From an uncultured bacterium (GTDB lineage Bacteria; Myxococcota_A; Bradymonadia; UBA7976; VGTA01), in the NCBI GenBank assembly GCA_943788935.1, contig CALSSE010000007.1, positions 227,871-291,870 of the forward strand: a stretch of 64,000 nt of DNA, read 5' to 3'. The notes beneath the pieces are model-generated. The model worked only from the letters and a program-made list of their open reading frames with translations. It did not search any database and was not told where the DNA came from. The translations under genes and the position numbers were made by a program. The number at the start of each line of letters is the position of its first letter. Positions within the stretch are counted from its first letter, which is position 1. Shown here one piece after another: positions 49,397 to 58,438 of this stretch.

Positions 49397-51417
49397 GTGA
49401 GATCAGTCCTCCTCAGGTCATGACAGGCTCTGCCTGTCCCCTAATTTCGGCTCTGACCACTTTGGAGATAGGAGGGAGACCTCACTTCTACGCTAAGGTA
49501 ACGACTGAAACAGAAGCACTGATAGTGGCGCGATGGGCCAAGAGCCAAGGGCTAAAACTTTGGATGATCGGTGGGGGGTCTAATGTTGTTGTAGACCATA
49601 ATGTCCCCAAGGGGCTCTTTATACAGCTCGCTTTGCGACAGATCGATTGGGGAGAGGATAAGTCTTCATCGATGGAGAGTGGGATCATCGAGCAGCGCGT
49701 CACCCTTGGCGCCGGTGTAGTCTGGACTGATTTTGTAGAGGAGAGTGTGCAGAGGGGACTCGCAGGCGTAGAGTGTTTAGTTGGGATTCCTGGATGGGTA
49801 GGCGCTGCACCCATTCAAAATATAGGAGCATATGGACAATCTCTTAGTGATCGCTGTCTCGGGGTCAAGGTCTATGATATTGAGCGTGACCTCGTTGACT
49901 CTTGGAGCGCTGAACGCTGCTCATTCGCTTATCGTGATAGCTTATTTAAGCGCTCAGAGGGGAGATACATAATCCTTGAGGTGACCCTCTCACTCACCCG
50001 AGGCGGCGCCCCTACACTTCATTATCCACAGCTCCGCGATCGGCTTGATGAGGCAGGATGTGGTGCAGACCCCACACTCATGGAGGTCTGTGATATGGTG
50101 AAACGGGTACGGGCAGAGAAATCTATGCTGTGGACAGCAGATGATCCTAATCGACGAAGTGTAGGATCATTTTTTATGAACCCTGTTCTCTCTCCTGCCA
50201 GTATGAAAGCCTTAGATGTACGTTGTCAGCAGAGAGAGGTGACTTCACCCCCAAGGTGGTCCACCGAGGTTGGCTTTAAGGTGCCTGCGGCTTGGTTGAT
50301 CGAACAGAGCGGTTTATCCAAAGGGTATACCCAAGGGAGAGTCGGCCTCTCTAGTAAGCACTGTTTAGCCCTCATCAGTCATGGTGGCGCAAGTTACAAT
50401 GATATGCTCTCTTTCGCTGAAGAGGTGCAGCGGCGAGTGTGGTCTCTGTTTCGGGTGTGGTTAGAGCCCGAGGCTAGAATCTTGAGCGACGCCCCGAGCC
50501 CGCTCTCATTTTCACCTCGAATCGCCCTCGCGACCTGTGACTCTCTCCCTGATTGGGAGGTAGATGATCGACCGCTATGGAGCGCTCTGAGTGCCGAAGG
50601 GTTTCAACTCGTCCACCCCGCTTGGGATGACCCACTGTTCGATTGGGGAGCTTGTGATCTAGTGATCCCTCGCACTACATGGGATTACCAAGGCAAGTGG
50701 AGAGCCTTCCTAGAATGGATGGAAAGAGTAGATCAAGTCTCGACGCTCAGTAATCCGCTAGAGCTGATGAAGTGGAATCTCGATAAACGATATCTTAGGG
50801 ATTTAGCGATCTCTCAGCCTCCAACTCATTGGCTCAGCCAGCGCGCGCTCGATGAAGGAACGCTCGATGAGACAGTCAGTGAAGTGATCGGATATTGTAC
50901 ATCCCAGGGATGGGAGAGGGCGTTTCTTAAGCCGAGTGTAGGCGCATCTGCGATAGGGACGCTGCGCTTCTCACTCTCTGACTCCATGTTCAAGATGCAG
51001 TTGAGAGATCATCTCGCCACATGGCTCCCTAAGAGGACGATGATCCTCCAACCATATGTCGAGGGAGTTGAAGTGGTCGGAGAGTGCTCTCTCATTTATT
51101 TTGGAGGAGAGTTCAGTCACGGAGTCAGAAAGGTACCCGTCAGCGGTGATTATCGCGTACAAGACGATTACGGCGCTACCGATATGCCATGGACTCCCCC
51201 GCCAGAATGGAGAGTTGCCTGTCAAGAGCTCATCGCTCGACTCCCTCAAGCGCCACTTTATGCTCGCTGTGACCTTCTGCATGGACCCAATGATTCGCCA
51301 TGGCTCATAGAGCTAGAGTTGATTGAACCCTCCCTGTTTTTTCGACATAATTTGGATAGTCCACAGAGGTTTGCACGAGCGATCAAGCAGCATCTACAGT
51401 TTGTAGACAGAAAATAA
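49393..51417 (+). CDS. murB: UDP-N-acetylmuramate dehydrogenase (MurB) fused to a ~330-aa C-terminal domain of unclear function, possibly ATP-grasp-like
   Basis: The N-terminal half carries an FAD-binding MurB signature (FYAKVTTETEALIVARWAKSQGLKLWMIGGGSNVVV...GLAGVECLVGIPGWVGAAPIQNIGAYG). Residues ~370-674 have no MurB counterpart. The ATP-grasp assignment is weak. Confidence 0.65.
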   Translation: MSEISPPQVMTGSACPLISALTTLEIGGRPHFYAKVTTETEALIVARWAKSQGLKLWMIGGGSNVVVDHNVPKGLFIQLALRQIDWGEDKSSSMESGIIEQRVTLGAGVVWTDFVEESVQRGLAGVECLVGIPGWVGAAPIQNIGAYGQSLSDRCLGVKVYDIERDLVDSWSAERCSFAYRDSLFKRSEGRYIILEVTLSLTRGGAPTLHYPQLRDRLDEAGCGADPTLMEVCDMVKRVRAEKSMLWTADDPNRRSVGSFFMNPVLSPASMKALDVRCQQREVTSPPRWSTEVGFKVPAAWLIEQSGLSKGYTQGRVGLSSKHCLALISHGGASYNDMLSFAEEVQRRVWSLFRVWLEPEARILSDAPSPLSFSPRIALATCDSLPDWEVDDRPLWSALSAEGFQLVHPAWDDPLFDWGACDLVIPRTTWDYQGKWRAFLEWMERVDQVSTLSNPLELMKWNLDKRYLRDLAISQPPTHWLSQRALDEGTLDETVSEVIGYCTSQGWERAFLKPSVGASAIGTLRFSLSDSMFKMQLRDHLATWLPKRTMILQPYVEGVEVVGECSLIYFGGEFSHGVRKVPVSGDYRVQDDYGATDMPWTPPPEWRVACQELIARLPQAPLYARCDLLHGPNDSPWLIELELIEPSLFFRHNLDSPQRFARAIKQHLQFVDRK

Positions 51418-51520
51418 TTTCCCAATACGATGAAAAAACTTCATAAGTATTAGCTAGGCATAAGTAATGACTTACCTAGCATTTAAGATGTTCTGAATAC
51501 TTACTGATTATTGGAGTCTC

Positions 51521-52600
51521 GTGGTAGCCCCATCTATAGAGCTCACACTTGAGCTTCAAACCGCAGTTATTATTGTCTCTCATAATCCATGGAGGGTGCA
51601 TTCATTTAACGCCACTGCTCACAAATGGTTAGGAGAGGTACTAAGAGCTAATGCACAAATTTCAGAGATCTTATTAGGGATCAATGAGAAGGCTCTAAGG
51701 CGTCGCTTGGGTAAAGGGAGAGATGCTCGGTTTGATTATGACCTCGAAATTAGCCCTGGGATCATAGCGCCAGTTGAGTTCGTCTGTACCACAACCAATG
51801 GACTTGAAGAAGGAGTGATCCTTGAGGGGTCAGAGCAGACGAGGGCTAAATCTGCAGAGCTGATGCTCTCCTCATATAGCCATATGATCGAGGAGAAGAC
51901 TCAAGAGCTAGAAGCGGCGATTCAAGCGAGAGATCACTTCTTTTCAACGATGTCACATGAGCTAAGAACCCCTTTAAATGCGATATTAGGGTTTAGTGAG
52001 TCACTCATTGATGAAATCTATGGAGACTTGACCGCTGAGCAAGAGAAGGTCATCAAAAAAATATATATCAGTGGTCAAAATCTAATGTCCCTGCTGTCTA
52101 ATCTGCTTAATCTGTCACGTATTAGATCAGGAAAACTTGGCTTGGTGCTTGAATCGGTTAATCTTCAAGATATCTGTCAAGAATCGATCTCTCGATTCAA
52201 AGAGGAACTAGAGGATAAATCACTTAGGGTGGTCACTGAATACCAAGACGTAGGGCAGCCCCTGATTAACCCTCTATGGGCGCATCAGCTTATAGATCAC
52301 TTGATAAGTAATGCTATTAAATTTAGCGAGAAGGAGAGCTCTATAGGCGTTCATATATCAGCTCAAGAGCAGTCTATCCGAGTCACAGTGTGGGATGAGG
52401 GTATCGGGATTCCTGCTCAATATTTGAACAAAATTTTTCAACCCTTTATGCAAGTCGACTCTTCTTTATCAAGAGGCTATGAGGGCTCAGGGCTAGGACT
52501 CTCAGTCGTGGCGGAGGTGATGCGGCTTCACCGCGGTGCGGTGAGCGTAGAGAGTAAACTGAATAGGGGGAGCCAGTTTCATCTTGACTTCATGCTATGA
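51521..52600 (+). CDS. Sensor histidine kinase with an N-terminal PAS-like sensor domain
   Basis: An H-box is present (FFSTMSHELRTPLNAILGFSE). HATPase N, G1 and G2 boxes are present (...ISNAIKFS..., VWDEGIGIP, GSGLGLSVV). Confidence 0.8.
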   Translation: MVAPSIELTLELQTAVIIVSHNPWRVHSFNATAHKWLGEVLRANAQISEILLGINEKALRRRLGKGRDARFDYDLEISPGIIAPVEFVCTTTNGLEEGVILEGSEQTRAKSAELMLSSYSHMIEEKTQELEAAIQARDHFFSTMSHELRTPLNAILGFSESLIDEIYGDLTAEQEKVIKKIYISGQNLMSLLSNLLNLSRIRSGKLGLVLESVNLQDICQESISRFKEELEDKSLRVVTEYQDVGQPLINPLWAHQLIDHLISNAIKFSEKESSIGVHISAQEQSIRVTVWDEGIGIPAQYLNKIFQPFMQVDSSLSRGYEGSGLGLSVVAEVMRLHRGAVSVESKLNRGSQFHLDFML

Positions 52601-52611
52601 CTCTTGAGGTC

Positions 52612-53722
52612 TCAGTCTTCACCAATGTAGTCTCGCATAAAGTGTTCATCGAGGCTGTCTTGATGAGGGAGAATGACTTCTGACTCGATCAAGTCAGCGC
52701 AGGGGTTGCCTATAATATCCTCAAGGTAGAACATAAGCATCTCGCCTTTTCCTTTGACGTTAATGAGGCCACGAGGCTCAATGACAAAGTCATTAGAGAG
52801 GAGGTTATGAGTCGCTTCAGACATGTTAATTTTCATCTCGGCTGAGTTACTCTCCATACGGCTAGCGGTGTTGACCCCATCTCCGAAGATGTCATAAATA
52901 TATTTTAATCGACCAACAACGCCTCCTGTGACCTCACCGGTGTGAATACCAATACGACATCGCCACTCATACTTAGAGTTTTGATTTCTCTGTTGAATAT
53001 ATTCTCGCATTCGATAAGCCGCTAAGGAGAGAAGATTCGCGTGATCTGATATCCGTTTAGGCATGCCGCAGACTGCTAAATAAGCATCTCCTATGGTTTT
53101 GATACGCTCACAACGATGTTGAATAATAATATTGTCAAATTGAGTAAATATATCATTTAATTCTCTGAAGAGTGTATCGGTTGACATCTTAGTCGATAGA
53201 GTGGTGAACCCCACAAAATCGAGAAATAAGACCGAGACTTCATCAAACTTCTCAGGTTGAGTCTGTCCTTGATCTCTCAACTGATTGACACAAGTCTCGG
53301 GCAAAGTATTAAACAAGAGTCGCTCAACTTTTCTCTGCTCTCGTTGAATAAGTTTATTTTTCTTCTCTATAACCTCGCTATACGACTTTAGCATCAACTC
53401 AGTCTCACGAGCAGCAGAGTGATCAGACCCCTCGATAAGGTACTTACCATCGTCCAAGATTTTGAACAGAAAGCATATGGTACTCGCACTCTTAGACTCA
53501 TATTCTTCAATAAAGTCACACACTCGACCCTTAATTATATCTCTTGATCAGACGATCAATATTTACATCGGGGAAGATGGAGCTAAATGTGGGAGATGAC
53601 TCAGCGGATAGTCGTTGCTTTAGAACGTATTCGGCGCTCTTATTAAAGAACGCTAGCGACAGATCATCTGAGTTAAATATTAGGATGAGAACTCTAATTT
53701 GATCAAGTAAACTTTGTTCCAT
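52612..53722 (-). CDS. Class III adenylate/guanylate cyclase with an N-terminal PAS-like sensor domain; the frame is broken near 53525
   Basis: The cyclase core reads FLDFVGFTTLS...RIKTIGDAYLAVCGMP...RIGIHTGEVTGGVVG. The N-terminal domain is split between ORFs 53531-53722 and 52612-53523 (different frames). Both pieces align to the N-terminus of HK 51521-52600. Confidence 0.7.
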
Positions 53723-53736
53723 CTTGATCTGTTTAC

Positions 53737-54093
53737 TTAAGTTGATTCGACGATAGAGCTCTTGGTGCTACCGACAATACTCATCACAGACTCAATATCT
53801 TCATCTTCCATACCGACATCTTCAAGGGTCTCTTGAAGGATCTCAGCGACTTCATTGAAGTCAGCCTCGGTGATACGCAATCCTTTGTGACTCATCTCGA
53901 GAGTTCGCCCTGTATATTCGGCGGGTCCACCAAGCGCATGACTAATGAACTTGGTTTGATGATCGATCAATCGCTCCATATCCACGCCTTCAAAGTATAC
54001 CTTAAGGTTTTGGCTACTCAAAACATCTCGATAGAACTGACGGACGATTTGGCTTACGGTCGCAAATCCACCATATTTTTCAAATAAACTCAT
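53737..54093 (-). CDS. Truncated (2/2) hemoglobin, group I-like
   Basis: The sequence LFEKYGGFATVSQIVRQFYRDVLSSQNLKVYFEGVDMERLIDHQTKFISHALGGPAEYTGRTLEMSHKGLRITEADFNEVAEIL matches the trHbN consensus (GG motif, proximal His context). Confidence 0.75.
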   Translation of the reverse strand: MSLFEKYGGFATVSQIVRQFYRDVLSSQNLKVYFEGVDMERLIDHQTKFISHALGGPAEYTGRTLEMSHKGLRITEADFNEVAEILQETLEDVGMEDEDIESVMSIVGSTKSSIVEST

Positions 54094-54166
54094 GTTAGCT
54101 CTTTTCAGTACCTCAACCTAACCATATTGAGCACCAATACTCAATATAGTGTGCGCCATGTGTCTA

Positions 54167-55387
54167 TTAGTAGGTGATGAGTGGATCAAGGTTTTGAGCT
54201 GTTTTTGCTCCAATTCCTCTCACTCGACGTAAATCTTCTGGGCTGTTGAAGCGCTGCTCTTTTCTAGCGTTTATGATCCTCTTACCTAAGGTTGGTCCGA
54301 TGCGAGGCAGAGATTGAAGTTCAATGAGGGAAGCGGTGTTCACGTTTATTTTACCCTCATGGCTAGCGCCTGACTTCGAGGGGGAAGGTTTTAAAGCGTT
54401 AAGTCTATAATGCTTTGTCGTCTTGGCTTGGTTTTCAACCTTATTCACCGTAGGTTGCCGCTCGCTAGCTTTAAGGATCCAACGTTCACCGTCAGTCTCA
54501 GCGATGATCGTCCCTGAGGTGGCGGTTACCCAAGGTTGAGCTTCTATTCGTTTCAACGCGAGTAGGGTCTCCGGGGAGGGGTGACCATAGCGGTTGCTCT
54601 CGCTACAAGAGACGACTGCATGTTTGGGTTTTACTGCGTTAAGGAATGCTCGTCCCGAGGCGTGTTTACTCCCGTGATGAGCAACTTTAAGGAGGTCCGC
54701 TCTGAGTCGCTTGTGATGCTTCATAAGACGTGCCTCTGTCTCTTCTTCCGCATCACCAGTGAAGAGAGCCGCTTGATCTTTATACGTGAGACGAAAAACG
54801 ATCGAGTTACTGTTAGCATCTGACCGAGAGTGCTTAATTAGAGGGTCCTCAGGGGCGAGGAGCTCTATCTCCGCTCCTCCACCGATGTGTATTTTTCTGC
54901 CTAGTCGACCTAAACGCAGAGGTATATCTTTCTCTTTAACAGCCTCTAAAAAGTCTCGGTAGGCTCGAATTGGGTGAGCGAATCCAGAGTCGACAATCGC
55001 CTTCACCGAGTATCGATTGATAATACGAGCAGCGTTACCGATATGATCGGCATGGGGATGAGAATTGATCATGAGGTCGATCTGTTTAATCTTAAGTCGA
55101 TCAAGGTAAGCGCTTAATGACTTCCAACTCTTTGACGGACCAGAGTCGAGCAATATCCATTTTCCGGAAGGGCTTTCAATCAAGGCACTGTCACCTTGAC
55201 CAATATCAAGAAAATGCACCCTGAGAGGTTCAGCAGAGAGACTACAAAGAGGAGAGAAACCCAAAATTAATAAGAAAAATAGGTAACGAAACTTTGATCT
55301 TAGGTGTCTAAACAATGTTGACGGGTCATGCATAAATAATCGCCTAACATAAAGGAATGTGGTGAGGCCTAGTTGAGAAAGGTTCAA
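54167..55387 (-). CDS. Exported MBL-fold metallo-hydrolase (ComEC-C-terminal-like) fused to a ComEA-type helix-hairpin-helix DNA-binding domain
   Basis: A signal peptide is present. The HxHxDH motif is LMINSHPHADHIGN. The C-terminal stretch INVNTASLIELQSLPRIGPTLGKRIINARKEQRFNSPEDLRRVRGIGAKTAQNL is a ComEA HhH. Confidence 0.7.
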   Translation of the reverse strand: MNLSQLGLTTFLYVRRLFMHDPSTLFRHLRSKFRYLFFLLILGFSPLCSLSAEPLRVHFLDIGQGDSALIESPSGKWILLDSGPSKSWKSLSAYLDRLKIKQIDLMINSHPHADHIGNAARIINRYSVKAIVDSGFAHPIRAYRDFLEAVKEKDIPLRLGRLGRKIHIGGGAEIELLAPEDPLIKHSRSDANSNSIVFRLTYKDQAALFTGDAEEETEARLMKHHKRLRADLLKVAHHGSKHASGRAFLNAVKPKHAVVSCSESNRYGHPSPETLLALKRIEAQPWVTATSGTIIAETDGERWILKASERQPTVNKVENQAKTTKHYRLNALKPSPSKSGASHEGKINVNTASLIELQSLPRIGPTLGKRIINARKEQRFNSPEDLRRVRGIGAKTAQNLDPLITY

Positions 55388-55535
55388 GCCTTGTGATCTT
55401 CCATTGATCTATAGTAGATAGTGTGCTTGAATCATAGCCAAAGTAGGCGTTGATGACTATAGGTCTAACGTTATCGTTTAATCATATTTTCTTTAAGATT
55501 CAGACTGACGGTGTGTCGGAGGAGTCATATTTAAC

Positions 55536-56093
55536 TTGGAAGAGCGTAGAAGAATAAATCATCAAATCCGAATCCCACAGATTCGTGTCGTTGACGAAGA
55601 AGGTCAACAGCTCGGTGTCATGACCCCGGCGGATGCTCGTAAAATCGCTGAGGATAGAGGCTTAGATCTCGTTGAAGTCGCGCCGGGGGCTCGTCCTCCA
55701 GTCTGTCGTATTATGGATTACGGTCGTTTCCGCTATGAGCAGAAAAAGAACCAAAAGAAGCAGGTCCAAGTTCAGACCAAGATCCTTAAATTGCGACCCA
55801 AGACCGATCAGCATGACCTCCAAACTAAGCTGAGGCATGCTCGACGCTTTTTGGAGGGGGGAAACCGAGTACGGTTTGTCGTTCGCATGAGAGGTCGAGA
55901 GCGTGCAGTCACCGATCGATGGGTCGCTCAACTCATTGAGCTGACCGATCAACTAAAGGACATTGGCATCCCAATCGGAAGACCACAACTAGAAGGGGGC
56001 GGGGTGACTTCTACGGTTGAGCCGCGTAAGACTATTGTGGTAGAGGAAAGTCCATCCGAAGAGGGAGCGCCTGTAGAGGATAAAGAGATTTAA
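55536..56093 (+). CDS. infC: Translation initiation factor IF-3
   Basis: The sequence INHQIRIPQIRVVDEEGQQLGVMTPADARKIAEDRGLDLVEVAPGARPPVCRIMDYGRFRYEQKK...RFVVRMRGRE matches IF-3. The start is non-AUG, as usual for infC (the track begins at TTG), so the exact start is uncertain. Confidence 0.85.
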   Translation: MEERRRINHQIRIPQIRVVDEEGQQLGVMTPADARKIAEDRGLDLVEVAPGARPPVCRIMDYGRFRYEQKKNQKKQVQVQTKILKLRPKTDQHDLQTKLRHARRFLEGGNRVRFVVRMRGRERAVTDRWVAQLIELTDQLKDIGIPIGRPQLEGGGVTSTVEPRKTIVVEESPSEEGAPVEDKEI

Positions 56094-56110
56094 GTATATT
56101 TAGCGTCGCT

Positions 56111-56190
56111 TACTAGGTTTATCGCTATTAGGTTTATCGCTTATTAGGTCTATCGCTTATTAGGTCTATCGCTTATTAGGTCTATCGCTT
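56111..56190. repeat. Intergenic minisatellite, 19-bp unit TTAGGTCTATCGCTTA(T) x ~4.5
   Basis: It lies between the convergent infC and MFP-adaptor genes. Confidence 0.85.
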
Positions 56191-57351
56191 AAATCGTTCA
56201 GTAGTCTCTTCAGGTTCTGCTGAGAGAGAGCTGGGAATAGGGTCTATCGGTCGAACGAGAGCGCCCTCTTCAAGTCCACGCTGGCCAAAGGTGATCACTT
56301 GGTCTCCTAACTGAAGGGGGGAGAGTACCTCTACTCTATCTCTCTCCTCATAACCGAGCTTCACTCGTCTCATTTTTACTCGCTGATCACTCACTTGAGC
56401 GATGAGAGGCTCACCGTCTCTATAAATAACAGCGTCTCTAGAGACGAGGAGCGCGTCCTCTTTTTTATCTAAGGTGATCTCGACGCTGACGAAAAGTCCA
56501 GGTTTAAGGGCTGGCAAAGGTGGAGCGCTCTCTCTGTCCGATAATTTATTTTTGTCTTTTCCTGCCGAAGGGCTCACCCACACTGTAAATGTGCCAGTAT
56601 CAGCGTCGATGATCGGGCTGACGTGACTGACCTCTGCTTGGTCTGTGAGGAGTCGGCCGGCGCGATCATAGATACGCGCCGACATCCCCTTATTGACTTG
56701 AGATACCCAACGATCAGGCAATTGAAGAGGAGCATATACGATCGAGAGATCCATCACTTCATAGACGAGTTGTCCAGGGCTCAAGACCTCTCCTCGATAC
56801 GCTAGGCGCTTCACGACCACTCCGTCAATCGGTGAAGTCAACTGCTCGCTCTTGGCCTCTTGCCTCAGTCTAGTGAGCTCTAGACCATTTTGATCACGAG
56901 TAAACTTGGCTTGATCTAAATCCTCTTTAGGAGCGAGCCCTCTCTTTATGAGTGAGCTAAGTCTCGTGACATCACGACGTGACTTTTTATAGGCGCTCAT
57001 CGCCTTTTGAATCAAGCTCTTAGCGCCTGGACGTGTCAGACGAGCTAATTTTTGCTGAGCGTGGACAACGTCTCCTTCCTCGACGTAAAGCTCTTTAATC
57101 AACCCGGAGATGAGTGAACGCACTGAAGCTCTCTCTTTCGCTCTCATGATCGACACCGCTTTCACAGTAGAAGAGATCGAACCTCGATCAATAGTCTGAA
57201 CCTCGACCGGAGTAGGTCGATCTTTCAAGCGCTCTTCTCCTTTATCCAGTTCAGAGTCTACTTCTCGCTGACAGGAGAGGGTGAAGAGGGTGAAGAAAGT
57301 GAAGAAAATGAGCGTGTTTGAGACTCGCTTGATCAATAAGTTACCTCTCAT
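56182..57351 (-). CDS. Efflux-transporter periplasmic adaptor subunit (HlyD/MFP family)
   Basis: It has a signal/anchor, a long coiled-coil hairpin, a lipoyl-like region (VSIMRAKE.., beta-barrel hybrid region) and an MFP-typical C-terminal beta domain. Confidence 0.6.
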   Translation of the reverse strand: MRGNLLIKRVSNTLIFFTFFTLFTLSCQREVDSELDKGEERLKDRPTPVEVQTIDRGSISSTVKAVSIMRAKERASVRSLISGLIKELYVEEGDVVHAQQKLARLTRPGAKSLIQKAMSAYKKSRRDVTRLSSLIKRGLAPKEDLDQAKFTRDQNGLELTRLRQEAKSEQLTSPIDGVVVKRLAYRGEVLSPGQLVYEVMDLSIVYAPLQLPDRWVSQVNKGMSARIYDRAGRLLTDQAEVSHVSPIIDADTGTFTVWVSPSAGKDKNKLSDRESAPPLPALKPGLFVSVEITLDKKEDALLVSRDAVIYRDGEPLIAQVSDQRVKMRRVKLGYEERDRVEVLSPLQLGDQVITFGQRGLEEGALVRPIDPIPSSLSAEPEETTERFKR

Positions 57352-57520
57352 TTGAGTCTCCTCGATGGGTCACGAGAGGTGTCCTCAACTCGCTTAAAAG
57401 TATTTAAGGACCGATCATAACTATTCAACATGAGCTTGGTATAAACCTTTGATTAACGAGAGTGAGGGGATCATATGACGATCATTAAGGTAACATATTT
57501 TTCTCTATCATAACTCGTGA

Positions 57521-57628
57521 AGGGATCGTAAATGTTCACTGTTAAATGTTCACTGTTAAATGTTCATTGTTAAATGTTCACTGTTAAATGTTCACTGTTA
57601 AATGTTCACTGTTAAATGTTCACTGTTG
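57521..57628. repeat. Intergenic minisatellite, 14-bp unit AATGTTCACTGTTA x7
   Basis: It lies in the divergent promoter region between the MFP adaptor (minus strand) and the metallophosphoesterase (plus strand). Confidence 0.85.
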
Positions 57629-57684
57629 TATGCTCATTGTCATACTATTAGCCGCTGAGACACATTTGATAGAGAGAATATTGT

Positions 57685-58428
57685 ATGAGAGTTCAGGTAA
57701 TGAGTGACCTTCACTTTGAATATCATTCTGATCGAGGAGAGTCTTGGATTCGCTCATTAGATTCATCGAATGTCGATGTTTTGATACTCGCTGGTGATAT
57801 CGCTGAGATTAATCAAGGGGGTCTCTCGTTTGCTTTAGCTCGTTTTTGTGATCGATATCCCCAAGTGGTTTTTGTGCCTGGTAATCATGAATATTATGGC
57901 TCCTCAATCGAGGAGGCCGAGCACCGGTTAGATGAACTAGAAGCGAGCTATAATCATCTGCATATTCTACGAGGTGATGCGGTCGATATCAACGGTCAGC
58001 GTTTTGTTGGGGCGACGCTCTGGTTCACCGATCGAGATGATTCTGACCATGAGGCGTGGACCCTCCGGCTTAATGATTTTAAGATGATCAAAGGAGGGTT
58101 TGAGTCATGGGTTTACTCTCAAGCAGACAGAGAAGCTCAATTTTTGATGAACACTATACAGAGCGGAGATGTCGTCGTCACCCACCATATCCCCTCTAAA
58201 CGTGGGGTCGCAGAGCGTTGGCAAAACTCGATCGAAGGCTTCGGTCGATTCTTTGTACATGAGCTACCCGAGTCGCTCGTCACTAAAGCTCGTTTGTGGT
58301 GCCATGGCCATGGTCATGACAGTGTACAGACGACGATTGGAGATCATCTATTGGTCGCTAATCCGTTTGGCTACCTTAACGTAGAAGAGAACCCTCGCTT
58401 TAATCCCTGCCTTTTTTTTGATCTATAA
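57685..58428 (+). CDS. Calcineurin-like metallophosphoesterase
   Basis: The motifs are MRVQVMSDLHFE, LILAGDIAE, FVPGNHEYYG and VVTHHIP...CHGHGH. Confidence 0.75.
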   Translation: MRVQVMSDLHFEYHSDRGESWIRSLDSSNVDVLILAGDIAEINQGGLSFALARFCDRYPQVVFVPGNHEYYGSSIEEAEHRLDELEASYNHLHILRGDAVDINGQRFVGATLWFTDRDDSDHEAWTLRLNDFKMIKGGFESWVYSQADREAQFLMNTIQSGDVVVTHHIPSKRGVAERWQNSIEGFGRFFVHELPESLVTKARLWCHGHGHDSVQTTIGDHLLVANPFGYLNVEENPRFNPCLFFDL

Positions 58429-58438
58429 CTCGTCTCTG

